From NCBI RefSeq assembly GCF_000698785.1, contig NZ_CP007536.1, positions 1-32,000 on the forward strand: 32,000 nt of DNA. Direction: 5' to 3'. Source of the stretch: Nitrososphaera viennensis EN76. Its GTDB lineage: Archaea > Thermoproteota > Nitrososphaeria > Nitrososphaerales > Nitrososphaeraceae. Shown one piece after another: positions 1-8,562 of this stretch; the first letter of the stretch is position 1; each line of letters begins with the position of its first letter. Below the pieces are notes generated by a model that saw nothing but the letters and a program-made list of their open reading frames with translations, did not search any database and was not told the DNA's origin. The translations under genes and the position numbers were made by a program.

Positions 1-2
1 GC

Positions 3-1442
3 GTGAATACTGGTAGGGGAAAATTCCTGGCCGTCGCTTTTATCACCGTTCTCGTCCTGCCTGCCGTTCTTGCGTCGCAAAAGGCTTTTGCAGACGGCCT
101 CACGCAGGAAAATCTTCCTCCTGCAACATTTGGCAACCGGGAGGCAGCGCTTTTTGTCAAGATTAATCCGCCGATTCTGACGACAGAATCGCAGCAGGAT
201 GCGTACCTGCAGTTCAGGCTGTTTGACGTCAAGACCAACGAGACGATAAAGTTCCCGACGCTCAACATCGCCGTGTACAAGGGCACGGACCCGAAAGCCA
301 AGCCCCTCATGCAGGATTTCTTCCAGAGTGAAAACGGCCTCTTGACGCTAAAGATAAAGCCGCAGGAAGGCCCTGTCCAGATCCAGGGCAGCCGGGAGCC
401 GTTCCTTAGCGCATTGCAGGCAGACCCTGGCGGAACGGTGAACGTCAGCGGGCCGGTATTGCTGGACGGCGGGCTGTACCGCATCGATGTAGAGGTATTT
501 GGCATCGATTTTCCTACTAACATCTTCAAGGACGAGGACGTCAAGACGTTCGAGACCGCCCTCTCTGTGGGCGATGTCTATAGCCAGAACGTCCAGTCTG
601 CAGACGGCAAGACCTACCCGATGTCTATAATCTCGTACTACGACAAGGTTGAGGACTTTAACTTTAACGCAGAATCCAAGACCTATTCCTGGGCCATGCC
701 CTTTGACTGGAATGTAGAGAGGATACAGAACGCACCAAATGTTTTCGTGCATGAAGAGGTGAAGGTGCCCAAGTCGTTTGCAGGCGTGGGCGACGCGTCT
801 GCCTTTGAGGCCAAGGTCAACGGCAAGCCCATTGCGGGCCGCATGCTGGCAGTCGACCCGTTCGCAGACGAGAACAACCTCATACTGCACTTTCTGATAA
901 ACAAGAACGACATACTGGACATGGCCAGGAACGATCCTCCGGCTGATGGAAAGATGTCGTTCTCCTTCTCTCCAGCCGGCGCCGCAGGGGAGCAGACATC
1001 AGGCGAGATATCCACAGACACGGGCGGCATCCATGTCCTCATGAACTGGACTCCAAGCCAGCTCAAGGCAGGCACCGATACGAAACTCAACATGCGGTTT
1101 GTCGACGCGTTTGCCGGCGCCAGCATCACCGACGACGTCAAGTACGACATCAAGATATTTGACAAGGCCGGCAAGGAGGTATTTGCAAAGGCGGACCAGA
1201 TTGCCAAGGGCGGCGCAGGCGAGCAGACGGGATTGAACTTCCCTGCCGACGAGAACTACCGCGTCGAGGTGACGGTCAAGGGGCTAGTCAAGGAAGGGCA
1301 GGCGCCTGACCTCACGAGAAACGGGATTGCAAGAGGTGCAGTCGTGGTGCCGGAATTTCCTGCCGGGGCGATGGTTGCAGTCGCCGGCGCAATTGCCGCC
1401 ATAGTCGCGGCCCAGAGATTGATGGCGCGAAAAAGCAAATGA
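3..1442 (+). CDS. secreted/surface protein with PEF-CTERM-type C-terminal sorting/anchor signal (479 aa)
   Basis: GTG at 3 is followed at once by a signal peptide (KFLAVAFITVLVLPAVLASQKAFA/DG). The C-terminus VVVPEFPAGAMVAVAGAIAAIVAAQRLMARKSK reads as PEF motif, hydrophobic helix, then basic tail. There are two beta-rich modules with a recurring F-x-(F/L)-x-D ... (V/I)-x-Y-x-I-x-(I/V) pattern. Confidence 0.75.
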   Translation: MNTGRGKFLAVAFITVLVLPAVLASQKAFADGLTQENLPPATFGNREAALFVKINPPILTTESQQDAYLQFRLFDVKTNETIKFPTLNIAVYKGTDPKAKPLMQDFFQSENGLLTLKIKPQEGPVQIQGSREPFLSALQADPGGTVNVSGPVLLDGGLYRIDVEVFGIDFPTNIFKDEDVKTFETALSVGDVYSQNVQSADGKTYPMSIISYYDKVEDFNFNAESKTYSWAMPFDWNVERIQNAPNVFVHEEVKVPKSFAGVGDASAFEAKVNGKPIAGRMLAVDPFADENNLILHFLINKNDILDMARNDPPADGKMSFSFSPAGAAGEQTSGEISTDTGGIHVLMNWTPSQLKAGTDTKLNMRFVDAFAGASITDDVKYDIKIFDKAGKEVFAKADQIAKGGAGEQTGLNFPADENYRVEVTVKGLVKEGQAPDLTRNGIARGAVVVPEFPAGAMVAVAGAIAAIVAAQRLMARKSK

Positions 1443-1834
1443 AGAGCGGCTTTTACGACGAACTGTCGGAAAAGACCTACAACGAAATACCGCGCATCCC
1501 GGCGTCAAACAGGGTGATGCTGCACGTCAGCCCGTTCTCGGTGGGCCAGAGCTACGTCACTGCCAAGGTGGAAAACCGTCGCGGCGACACCGTCAACATC
1601 AACATCGAGGGCGGCCGGCTCGGAGTCGACCTGCAGGAAACATTGTTCAGGCTAGGCGACAATAGGCTGCCGAAACATGCCTACATTGTCACCACCATAA
1701 ACGAGACAGGCAGGATACTGGCGCGCAAGGTCCCGGTGCTTGGCGTCAAGGACTGGCTCTTGATATACGAGGACGACCTGTTCCTGCTTGCGGTAAAGGA
1801 CGCCTATGACGAGATCGAGATAATGGTGGTCTAG
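1439..1834 (+). CDS. hypothetical protein (131 aa), translationally coupled to the upstream surface protein
   Basis: The ATG overlaps the upstream stop (ATGA at 1439-1442). No TM segment or recognisable motif. Codon composition matches neighbouring genes. Confidence 0.55.
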   Translation: MKSGFYDELSEKTYNEIPRIPASNRVMLHVSPFSVGQSYVTAKVENRRGDTVNINIEGGRLGVDLQETLFRLGDNRLPKHAYIVTTINETGRILARKVPVLGVKDWLLIYEDDLFLLAVKDAYDEIEIMVV

Positions 1835-2433
1835 ATGATGCTGGTAGTAGAGCCCCACCGGCCTGAAAACGCCAACTCGCCTATGGGCTTTCTCGACCTT
1901 GGCGCAAGCTCTTTTTCCCGCGGCTTTTCAGGCAGCGTTTCCGGGTTTCCGTAATATCCTATTGCTATCATCGTTGCAGGCTCGAATCCCTGTGGTATTT
2001 CAAAACTCTGCCTTGCCTTTTCAACGTCGAATCCTCCCATGACGTGCATGGCGAGGCCCTGATTGTACGCTTCAAGGAACATGTACGCAGTAGCCGCCCC
2101 AACGTCGTGCATGTAGTGCCTGTTGTCCTTGTCGTTGTGTGTGTACGTCCTCTTGGCGACCGCGCACATCAGGACTGGCGCCTTTCTGGCATACGAGTTG
2201 CCCTCTGAAAGGACCGACCGCGCGGCCTCTAGCATCTCTTTGTTGTTTTCAGCGGTAAAGACGATGAACCGCCACGGCTGCTCGTTAGAGCTTGAAGGCG
2301 CCCACCGCGCGGCCTCTAAAAGGGACATTACCTTTTGCTTTTCAACTGGCCTGTCGGAAAACGCCCTTGCGCTCCACCTCTTTGCAATGAGGTCGTTTAT
2401 GGTGTAATCTGCCTTGGCGGTTTTGTTGTCCAT
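1831..2433 (-). CDS. nitroreductase family protein (200 aa)
   Basis: RWSARAF...EAARWAPSSSNEQPWRFIVF is the typical N-terminal signature of the FMN nitroreductase fold. Length fits the family. Confidence 0.85.
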   Translation of the reverse strand: MDNKTAKADYTINDLIAKRWSARAFSDRPVEKQKVMSLLEAARWAPSSSNEQPWRFIVFTAENNKEMLEAARSVLSEGNSYARKAPVLMCAVAKRTYTHNDKDNRHYMHDVGAATAYMFLEAYNQGLAMHVMGGFDVEKARQSFEIPQGFEPATMIAIGYYGNPETLPEKPREKELAPRSRKPIGELAFSGRWGSTTSII

Positions 2434-2599
2434 GCTTGCACCCTATCGAGAGTCAGGGAATTTCTCTGTTTTGGTGGAAATAAAATACATAGGTCCGTTT
2501 GCCTATTAATTATATACTCCCCAATATTTGGGATATGCGATAAAAACTTTCCGCATCATGGTTAAACTATATTCTTATGGCAAAATCTTCGAAATAAAC

Positions 2600-2956
2600 A
2601 TGAAAATGGCTAACTCTCAATACTTCTTAAAGGCGACCGCGCCAGCAAGTCCAGTACCATGGGGAAGCAGTGTAGAATTTGTAGTACCGAGCGGAGTAAC
2701 GTCGCTTGCATCTACATCGACAGGCAAATGGTGTACTGCTGCAAACCTTGTGGATGTAACGGATGCACATCCTGGAATTAAATGGGTAGAATGCAGCGTC
2801 ACATACTTTGCATCCGGAGGAAGCCAGCCTCAAGGGTGGTACTTTTGGTATGGATGGAGTGGCAATACTAATGGCACGTACCAGTCCTTAGGCTATGATC
2901 CTACTGGCCATACTATTAGACTGAAGCTTAAACAAGTTTTTGGCGCAATCCGCTAG
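2600..2956 (+). CDS. hypothetical small protein (118 aa from ATG 2600), aromatic/Gly-rich, low-GC gene
   Basis: The ORF in the track starts at 2528. ATG at 2600 (MKMANSQYF...) lies downstream of AT-rich TATA-like sequence. No homolog recognised. Contains GWYFWYGWSGNTNG. Confidence 0.45.
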   Translation: MKMANSQYFLKATAPASPVPWGSSVEFVVPSGVTSLASTSTGKWCTAANLVDVTDAHPGIKWVECSVTYFASGGSQPQGWYFWYGWSGNTNGTYQSLGYDPTGHTIRLKLKQVFGAIR

Positions 2957-3164
2957 ACTTTAATAATTTCAAATACTATGACCAGAACGATAATGTGATA
3001 ACCTTTACGCCTACTATAGTTGCAGAAACAAATAATGGCGCATTTGCATGTTGTGCAGGACAAACAAACTGTATAGGATACAATACAAGCACGCTGGTAA
3101 TATCGCGTAATTGTACAAGCTGTTGATAGGTATCGCTGCCCGCTTCAAATATTGGTGACACCAT

Positions 3165-3773
3165 TTGAGAAAATATCAAGCGAGGTTGGCCATTATCGCC
3201 ATAATTCTGTCTACAGTGCTAGCTAGCATTGCAGCTTTATCCTTGATTCCTATTGCTGCTTATGCCGCGGTTGACTTTGGTCTTGTTAGTACTACTTCGT
3301 TAGAAGGTACGGATGTGCGTATTGAAGTCTTGGGCCCTGTCAAATTTGATGAACCAAATCAAGTTTTGCCATACTTGGCAAACGGGACGGACTATACCTT
3401 TAATGTATCCTTCTTCGAGCCCAACAGTGCAAAGCCGCTCAAAGATGTCAATTACAATATCGTGATCACAAACTCGCTAGATTCATCAGGCAATGAACTA
3501 TTCAATGCTGCAAAACAGGCTAACAGTCCTAACAACATGCTGCACAGCGCAAATGGAAATGTGACAATCAAGTACAATTTTAAAGAAATACAAAGCGCAA
3601 TAGTGGTAATACAGTTTTATGGTACCAATTCTGCACCGAGTAACCAGCAGCATGAATTTATCTATCAGGTTGTAGATTCTAGAACCATTCCAGAATTTCC
3701 TCTAGCGCCTGTCATCCTTGCATCCAGTTTGGTAACAGCTATTGTTGTAAGAATCATGATCAAGAGGCCCTGA
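3165..3773 (+). CDS. small secreted protein with PEF-CTERM-type tail (202 aa)
   Basis: TTG start with no in-frame ATG nearby. N-terminus MRKYQARLAIIAIILSTVLASIAALSLIPIAAYA is a signal or anchor. C-terminus IPEFPLAPVILASSLVTAIVVRIMIKRP is PEF, helix, basic tail. Its module YTFNVSFFEP...VNYNIVI resembles the modules in the 3-1442 protein. Confidence 0.65.
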   Translation: MRKYQARLAIIAIILSTVLASIAALSLIPIAAYAAVDFGLVSTTSLEGTDVRIEVLGPVKFDEPNQVLPYLANGTDYTFNVSFFEPNSAKPLKDVNYNIVITNSLDSSGNELFNAAKQANSPNNMLHSANGNVTIKYNFKEIQSAIVVIQFYGTNSAPSNQQHEFIYQVVDSRTIPEFPLAPVILASSLVTAIVVRIMIKRP

Positions 3774-4122
3774 ACCAAATTATCTTTTCTGAGAATGGGA
3801 ATGAAATCGACAAATGCGAACTGGTGAGCGTTGTTTTGACCAAAGACAGGCTAATTCAATAGCTTGTCGCACACTAATAGATGCATTGTATAAGGAGATT
3901 TCAATCAAAAGTCTTTTGAGTTATCTGAATTGAAACGAGAAGTGATAATAATAGCCTGGCCGGACGCAGCTTTTGACTACGCCGACCAGACGTTTGTTCC
4001 CCATCGGTTTGGTCGATGTAGCACACACTATGCAACAAGATAATTTAAACCTGATGGCGCCGCATGAGAGCAAATGTGGGTCTAAAAGCTATTATGAGCA
4101 GGTCAAATAGCTCAAGAAATAC

Positions 4123-4130
4123 CTTTAAAT
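4123..4130 (+). promoter_or_regulatory. TATA-like box CTTTAAAT, 27 nt upstream of ATG 4157
   Basis: An AT-rich octamer at archaeal TATA-to-TSS distance from the first ATG. It implies a leaderless or near-leaderless mRNA. The same octamer occurs at 17477. Confidence 0.45.
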
Positions 4131-4156
4131 GACTAGAGCCTATCTTGAATGTAGAT

Positions 4157-5557
4157 ATGCCAGTCGTGGGGATTGATGATCTGGCGATCTATGTCCCAAA
4201 GCTTTACATCGATTACAAGGATTTCGCCCAAGCTAGAGGAATTGATCCGCAGAAACTAGAGTACGGCATCGGCATCCGCAAGATGGCGATTGCCGACACC
4301 AATCAGGACCCTGCCTGCATGGCAGCAAACGCCTGCCTGAAACTCATGCAAAAGGCGCACATACACCCGCAGGACGTCGGCAGGCTTTATGTCGCTACAG
4401 AATCAGCGCTTGACGAATCCAAGGCCCTCAACTCTTTTGTCATAGGCATGCTGGAGCAGGTGTACGGGGAAGGCTCTTTTGAGCACGCCGGCGGCATCGA
4501 GTGCAAGTTTGCCTGCGTCTCAGGTTCATATGCATTGCACGATAACGCCAACTGGATACGCGCCGAGGAAAACAGCGGCAAGGCCGCAATCGTCATCGTG
4601 AGCGACATTGCGAAATACGACCTTGGCTCAGCCGGCGAGTACACGCAGGGAGCCGGCGCTGTTGCATTATTGATAAAGGAAGAGCCACGCCTCATGGCTT
4701 TTGACCCCAAGGTCGCTTCCACCGTCATCAAAAACGAGTACGACTTTTACAGGCCCTTTGGCAAAGAGACCCCGCTTGTTAACGGCGGCTACTCCAACCT
4801 TCTCTACCTCATACAGGTGAGAAAGGCGTTTGACGCCTACAAGGAAAAGGCCCTGAAGACAGGACTTGTTAAACTGAACGAGGGCGAGGCCATCACCGAC
4901 CACATCGACTTTTTCTCCGTCCACCTGCCGTACCGCAGGATGGGCGAAAAGGCGCTTGCATACCTCCTGAGGCACGAGTGGCGCCACCTCCCGCGCTGGA
5001 AGCACGTCACAAAGGAGATAGGCATGAACGAGCCGCAGCCAAAGGACCCGAGGGGCACTATTGAATCCATTCTTGCCGACACTGACTTCATGAAGGCAGA
5101 CGAGCAGTTCCGCAGGGCGTTCATGCAGACGTCGTTCTACAACGAGACGTACGAGAAAAAGATGGCAAGTTCCCTTGAAGCCTCTGCGCAGATTGGCAAC
5201 CTCTACACGGCCTCGATGTACATGGGCCTGAGAAGCCTGCTTGAATTCGAGTTCAAAAAGGGCACGGACCTTGAGGGCAAGCGTATCGGCTTTGGCTCGT
5301 ACGGGAGCGGAAGCAGCGCGATGGTCTTTTCCGGCATCATGCAGCCCACCTACAAGGAGATCGTCAAGGGCCTGGACCTTGAGAACGACATTGGCGACCG
5401 CGTGAAACTGTCGATAGACGAGTACGAGCGCCTACACAGAAAGGAAATTGACTTTAACTCTGCGGTGACAAAGGCGCACAAGGAGTTCGTGCTTGTAAAA
5501 CTCGGCGGCAGCACCGCGGACAAGGCCGGCTTTAGAGAATACGACTATGTCAGCTAG
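4157..5557 (+). CDS. hydroxymethylglutaryl-CoA synthase (mevalonate pathway)
   Basis: VGIDDLAIYVP...ATESALDESKA...CKFACVSG...FSVHLPY...GSYGSGS matches the HMG-CoA synthase architecture (thiolase-like fold, Glu/Cys/His catalytic positions). The track start TTG 4145 is only 15 nt from the TATA box, so ATG 4157 is preferred. Confidence 0.9.
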   Translation: MPVVGIDDLAIYVPKLYIDYKDFAQARGIDPQKLEYGIGIRKMAIADTNQDPACMAANACLKLMQKAHIHPQDVGRLYVATESALDESKALNSFVIGMLEQVYGEGSFEHAGGIECKFACVSGSYALHDNANWIRAEENSGKAAIVIVSDIAKYDLGSAGEYTQGAGAVALLIKEEPRLMAFDPKVASTVIKNEYDFYRPFGKETPLVNGGYSNLLYLIQVRKAFDAYKEKALKTGLVKLNEGEAITDHIDFFSVHLPYRRMGEKALAYLLRHEWRHLPRWKHVTKEIGMNEPQPKDPRGTIESILADTDFMKADEQFRRAFMQTSFYNETYEKKMASSLEASAQIGNLYTASMYMGLRSLLEFEFKKGTDLEGKRIGFGSYGSGSSAMVFSGIMQPTYKEIVKGLDLENDIGDRVKLSIDEYERLHRKEIDFNSAVTKAHKEFVLVKLGGSTADKAGFREYDYVS

Positions 5558-5566
5558 TTGCGCTAA

Positions 5567-6820
5567 CTAGCTGACTACCTTGAACTCTATTCCTTTCCTT
5601 TTCATAAAGTCAAGCAGCTTTTGCGAGCGCTTCTCGTTCTCCAGCTCCAGGCTCAGGTAGACGCCTGCGGTCCCCGCGGGGATGTTGGCCGAGAGCCTGT
5701 CGTGCTCCACCTCGACGATGTTGACCGACAGTTCTGCAATGTCGTCGACCACCTCTTTCAGGGCGCCCGGCTTGTCCGGGAGCAGGATGAATATCTTGAC
5801 CAGCCTGCCCATCTGCATCAGGCCCTTTGCCACCACCTGGCCGAGCAGGTACATGTCGACGTTTCCGCCCGACAGCAATGATATCACCTTCTCGTTCTTG
5901 CCCGCCTGGTGGCCGTTTGAGAGAAGGTATGCAAGGCTTGCGGCGCCTGCCGGCTCGACTACGAGTTTTGCGCGCTCCATTAGGAGAAACATCGTCTTTA
6001 CAATCGCGGTGTCGTCTACAAGCACAATGTCGTCAAGGTGCTTGCTGACTATTTCGTACGTGAGCTTGCCGGGGCTCTTGACAGAGATGCCGTCTGCGAT
6101 TGTATAGCCTGCCTTTACCGACTGGAGCGAGCCCTTTGCCATCGACTCTTTCATCGCAGGAAACGCCCTTGACTCGACTCCGATTATCTTGATGTCCGGC
6201 TTTTTCGCCTTGATCGCGATGGATACGCCTGCGGCAAGACCTCCGCCTCCGACTGGCAGGTACACCCTGTCGGCGCCTGCAAGGTCTTCCATAAGCTCTA
6301 GGCCGATGGTCCCCTGCCCTGCAATCACGTCCGGGTCGTCAAACGCGTGGATTATGGTCTTGCCCTCCTGTTTTGCGATTTCCTGCGTGGCCTCCCACGC
6401 TTCGTCGTAGTTAAAGCCCTTCTGGACCACCTCTGCGCCGTACGACCTTGTGGCCGCGACCTTGGCCGGCGACGCGTTCTGCGGCATGACAATCGTGCAG
6501 GGCACGTTTTTCCTTGCGCTTGCAAACGCGACTCCCTGCGCGTGGTTGCCTGCAGATGCCGCAATCACGCCATAGCCTGCCTGCTTTTCTGTCAGGCTGC
6601 CCACCTTGGCAAGCGCGCCGCGCACCTTGAACGAGCCGGTCAGCTGCAGGCATTCAAGTTTCAGGAACACGTTTGTGCCGGCAAGCTTTGAAAACGTGCT
6701 TGAGCGCTGCAGCGGGGTCTTTCTGACGGTGCCCTCCAGCAGGCTCCTTGCCTTCACAATGTCGTCATAGGTCGGGACCCTGTGCTTCCTGTCGGCCTTC
6801 CACACGCTGTCGTCATTCAT
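5567..6820 (-). CDS. ilvA: threonine ammonia-lyase (threonine dehydratase), PLP-dependent, with one C-terminal ACT-like domain
   Basis: PLP-lysine motif LQLTGSFKVRGA, SAGNHAQG, and glycine loop PVGGGGLAAG. The C-terminal ~80 aa look like a regulatory domain (LLPDKPGALKEVV...). Confidence 0.85.
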   Translation of the reverse strand: MNDDSVWKADRKHRVPTYDDIVKARSLLEGTVRKTPLQRSSTFSKLAGTNVFLKLECLQLTGSFKVRGALAKVGSLTEKQAGYGVIAASAGNHAQGVAFASARKNVPCTIVMPQNASPAKVAATRSYGAEVVQKGFNYDEAWEATQEIAKQEGKTIIHAFDDPDVIAGQGTIGLELMEDLAGADRVYLPVGGGGLAAGVSIAIKAKKPDIKIIGVESRAFPAMKESMAKGSLQSVKAGYTIADGISVKSPGKLTYEIVSKHLDDIVLVDDTAIVKTMFLLMERAKLVVEPAGAASLAYLLSNGHQAGKNEKVISLLSGGNVDMYLLGQVVAKGLMQMGRLVKIFILLPDKPGALKEVVDDIAELSVNIVEVEHDRLSANIPAGTAGVYLSLELENEKRSQKLLDFMKRKGIEFKVVS

Positions 6821-6911
6821 TATTATGGATGCAGGGCAACAGCAGCCAAGCGCCTTAATTATAATTTGTGCCTTCCCAAAGACTCAAAAGCAACCGTCCT
6901 GAGAAAAAGCC

Positions 6912-7388
6912 GTGAGCAGCAGCGCTGTTGCAGGCGGTATCGTGGTGGGCGTTGCGTTTGTGGTGGTGTTTTCAATGTTCTCTATTCCCTCCGGGTTTGA
7001 GGGCAACATCGAGGACGTGACAATATCGCTTGAAAGAACGCCCTGCTTTGGTTTCTGTCCCGATTATACGGTCACTGTCTTTGGCAACGGCACCGTGGTG
7101 TATGAGGGCCGCAACTTTGTCTATGCCAAGGGCGAGCAGAGGGCGCAGATCGCGCAGTCCGACGTCAAGGAGCTCGTGGACGAATTCTACCGCGTCGGGT
7201 TCTTCTCGATGAAAGACCGCTACGAGGCGCAGGTGACGGACCTCCCGTCTCAGACTACTTCGATAACGGCTGGCGACGCGACCAAGAGCGTGTACAGGTA
7301 CGGCCCCGAGCCGCAGCGGCTTGTGATGCTTGAGGACAAGATAGATGAAGTGGCAAAAACCGCGCAGTGGGTAAAAGGAGAAGGATAA
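6912..7388 (+). CDS. membrane-anchored hypothetical protein (158 aa), possibly DUF6438-like
   Basis: GTG start and an N-terminal TM segment (GGIVVGVAFVVVFSMFSI). TPCFGFCPDYTVTVFGNGTVVYEG resembles the C-x-G-x-CP-x-Y motif I associate with DUF6438. That family name is from memory. Confidence 0.55.
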   Translation: MSSSAVAGGIVVGVAFVVVFSMFSIPSGFEGNIEDVTISLERTPCFGFCPDYTVTVFGNGTVVYEGRNFVYAKGEQRAQIAQSDVKELVDEFYRVGFFSMKDRYEAQVTDLPSQTTSITAGDATKSVYRYGPEPQRLVMLEDKIDEVAKTAQWVKGEG

Positions 7389-7416
7389 GAATAACAGAAA
7401 GAAAAAAGGCCCCTGG

Positions 7417-7680
7417 TTAGTTAGGGCAGCCTTCCATCTTTTGTATCCAGTAGCCCTGCTGCTTGATTGATTTCTCTACAAACGGCGGAGCTTCCTGGAT
7501 GTGGCAGAACTGGCACTCTTCAGAGGTCATCTTCTGTCCTGCCTGGCCCACGGTTGCGAGCCACTGCTGGCCGTACTGGATGGCCTTTTCGTGGGGGGTG
7601 TTTGCCTCGACCACGACGTCAAAGTGCATTATCTTGCCGTCCTTCTTTTGCACGTATGTATCGTAAACTGCGCATTCCAT
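7417..7680 (-). CDS. DUF2024-family small protein (87 aa)
   Basis: YDTYVQKKDGKIMHFDV...SEECQFCHIQEAP...GYWIQKMEGC matches my recollection of the ~85-aa DUF2024 family. It is followed by a T-rich tract on its own strand. Confidence 0.7.
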   Translation of the reverse strand: MECAVYDTYVQKKDGKIMHFDVVVEANTPHEKAIQYGQQWLATVGQAGQKMTSEECQFCHIQEAPPFVEKSIKQQGYWIQKMEGCPN

Positions 7681-7764
7681 AGAAAAAAGTCCGCGAAGAC
7701 GGTATTTAATCTATGAACCCGCTTTTCACCTTGTGAAAAAGGTGGCAATAACGTGGTGGTTCTA

Positions 7765-8532
7765 ATGTTATTATACCGGGGCTCCTCCTCGTTTCGCCAG
7801 TTGGCCCTGGTTTTCCAGCAGATAAGGAGGATGGATTCTGGCTGCGTCACGTACCTGATAGGCTCGACAATGACCAAGGAATGCGCCATTGTTGACCCGC
7901 TCCTTGACACCGATTATGTGGCAGAGGAGGCGAAAAAAGCTGGATTAAAGATCGTGTACGTGATTGACACGCACACGCACGCCGACCATGTTTCCGGCGC
8001 GCGCAACATCGCCAGGCAGTTTGGCCTGCCAGGCGTCCACATGTCTGAAAAGTCGCAGAGCAGGTTCAAGACAATCCCTCTCAAGGACGGGCAGGCTATC
8101 AAGCTGGGAGAAGACGTCGAATTGAAGTTTGTCTACACGCCGGGCCACACGTACGACCACATGTGCATCCTTGTCAACAACGGGAAAATACTGACAGGCG
8201 ACACGCTCTTTGTCGGAGACGTGGGGAGGGTAGACCTCGGCGGCGACGCCCGCGACAAGTCCGATAAATTGTTTGACAGCCTGCACGGAAAACTGATGAA
8301 GCTTGCAGACGGCGTGGAGGTGTACCCGGCGCACGTCGGCGCTGCTCACCACCTTGGAAACGCTAGGACGTCGTCAACCATCGGCACCGAGCGGGAAAAC
8401 AACGGCGCGCTAAAGGCAGCCGACAAGGATGCCTTTTTCAAGTACATGACCGAGGACTGGCCGCCCAAGCCGCCAGACTACCAGAACATCATACGCCTGA
8501 ACAAGGGCGAAGCCTCGATAGCGATGGTTTAA
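7765..8532 (+). CDS. MBL-fold metallo-hydrolase (glyoxalase II / ETHE1-like)
   Basis: Metal-binding motif DTHTHADHVSG, then TPGHTYDH and DTLFVGDVGR. The start is uncertain: GTG 7753, ATG 7765, TTG 7801 (24 nt after the TATA-like TTATTATAC) and ATG 7831 are all possible. Confidence 0.85.
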   Translation: MLLYRGSSSFRQLALVFQQIRRMDSGCVTYLIGSTMTKECAIVDPLLDTDYVAEEAKKAGLKIVYVIDTHTHADHVSGARNIARQFGLPGVHMSEKSQSRFKTIPLKDGQAIKLGEDVELKFVYTPGHTYDHMCILVNNGKILTGDTLFVGDVGRVDLGGDARDKSDKLFDSLHGKLMKLADGVEVYPAHVGAAHHLGNARTSSTIGTERENNGALKAADKDAFFKYMTEDWPPKPPDYQNIIRLNKGEASIAMV

Positions 8533-8562
8533 ATCCGATCTTTTGGATACGGTGCCTGCAGC

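Noticed and set aside
1834-1866. C/D-box sRNA-like elements (GATGATG at 1834 and CTGA at 1863).
   Set aside because: The elements span only ~33 nt, with no internal C'/D' boxes and no terminal stem. They lie within the overlap of two coding regions.
2976-3179. A 67-aa minus-strand ORF between the two low-GC plus-strand genes.
   Set aside because: No motif and a hydrophobic/odd composition. It overlaps the start of the 3165 gene and has no promoter-like element. It may be real, but it is unsupported.
3942-4043. A GC-rich patch with a 33-codon GTG ORF (MIIIAWPDAAFDYADQTFVPHRFGRCSTHYATR) and a hairpin-like CGACCAGACG...CGGTTTGGTCG.
   Set aside because: It is too short and unrecognisable to call a gene or pseudogene. 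It is mentioned only as a possible relic inside the island finding.
7825-7830. AGGAGG immediately before ATG 7831 as a Shine-Dalgarno site for the MBL hydrolase.
   Set aside because: There is zero spacing to the ATG. The upstream in-frame residues (FQQIRR) look like genuine conserved N-terminus of this MBL subfamily, so AGGAGG is more likely coding (Arg-Arg).
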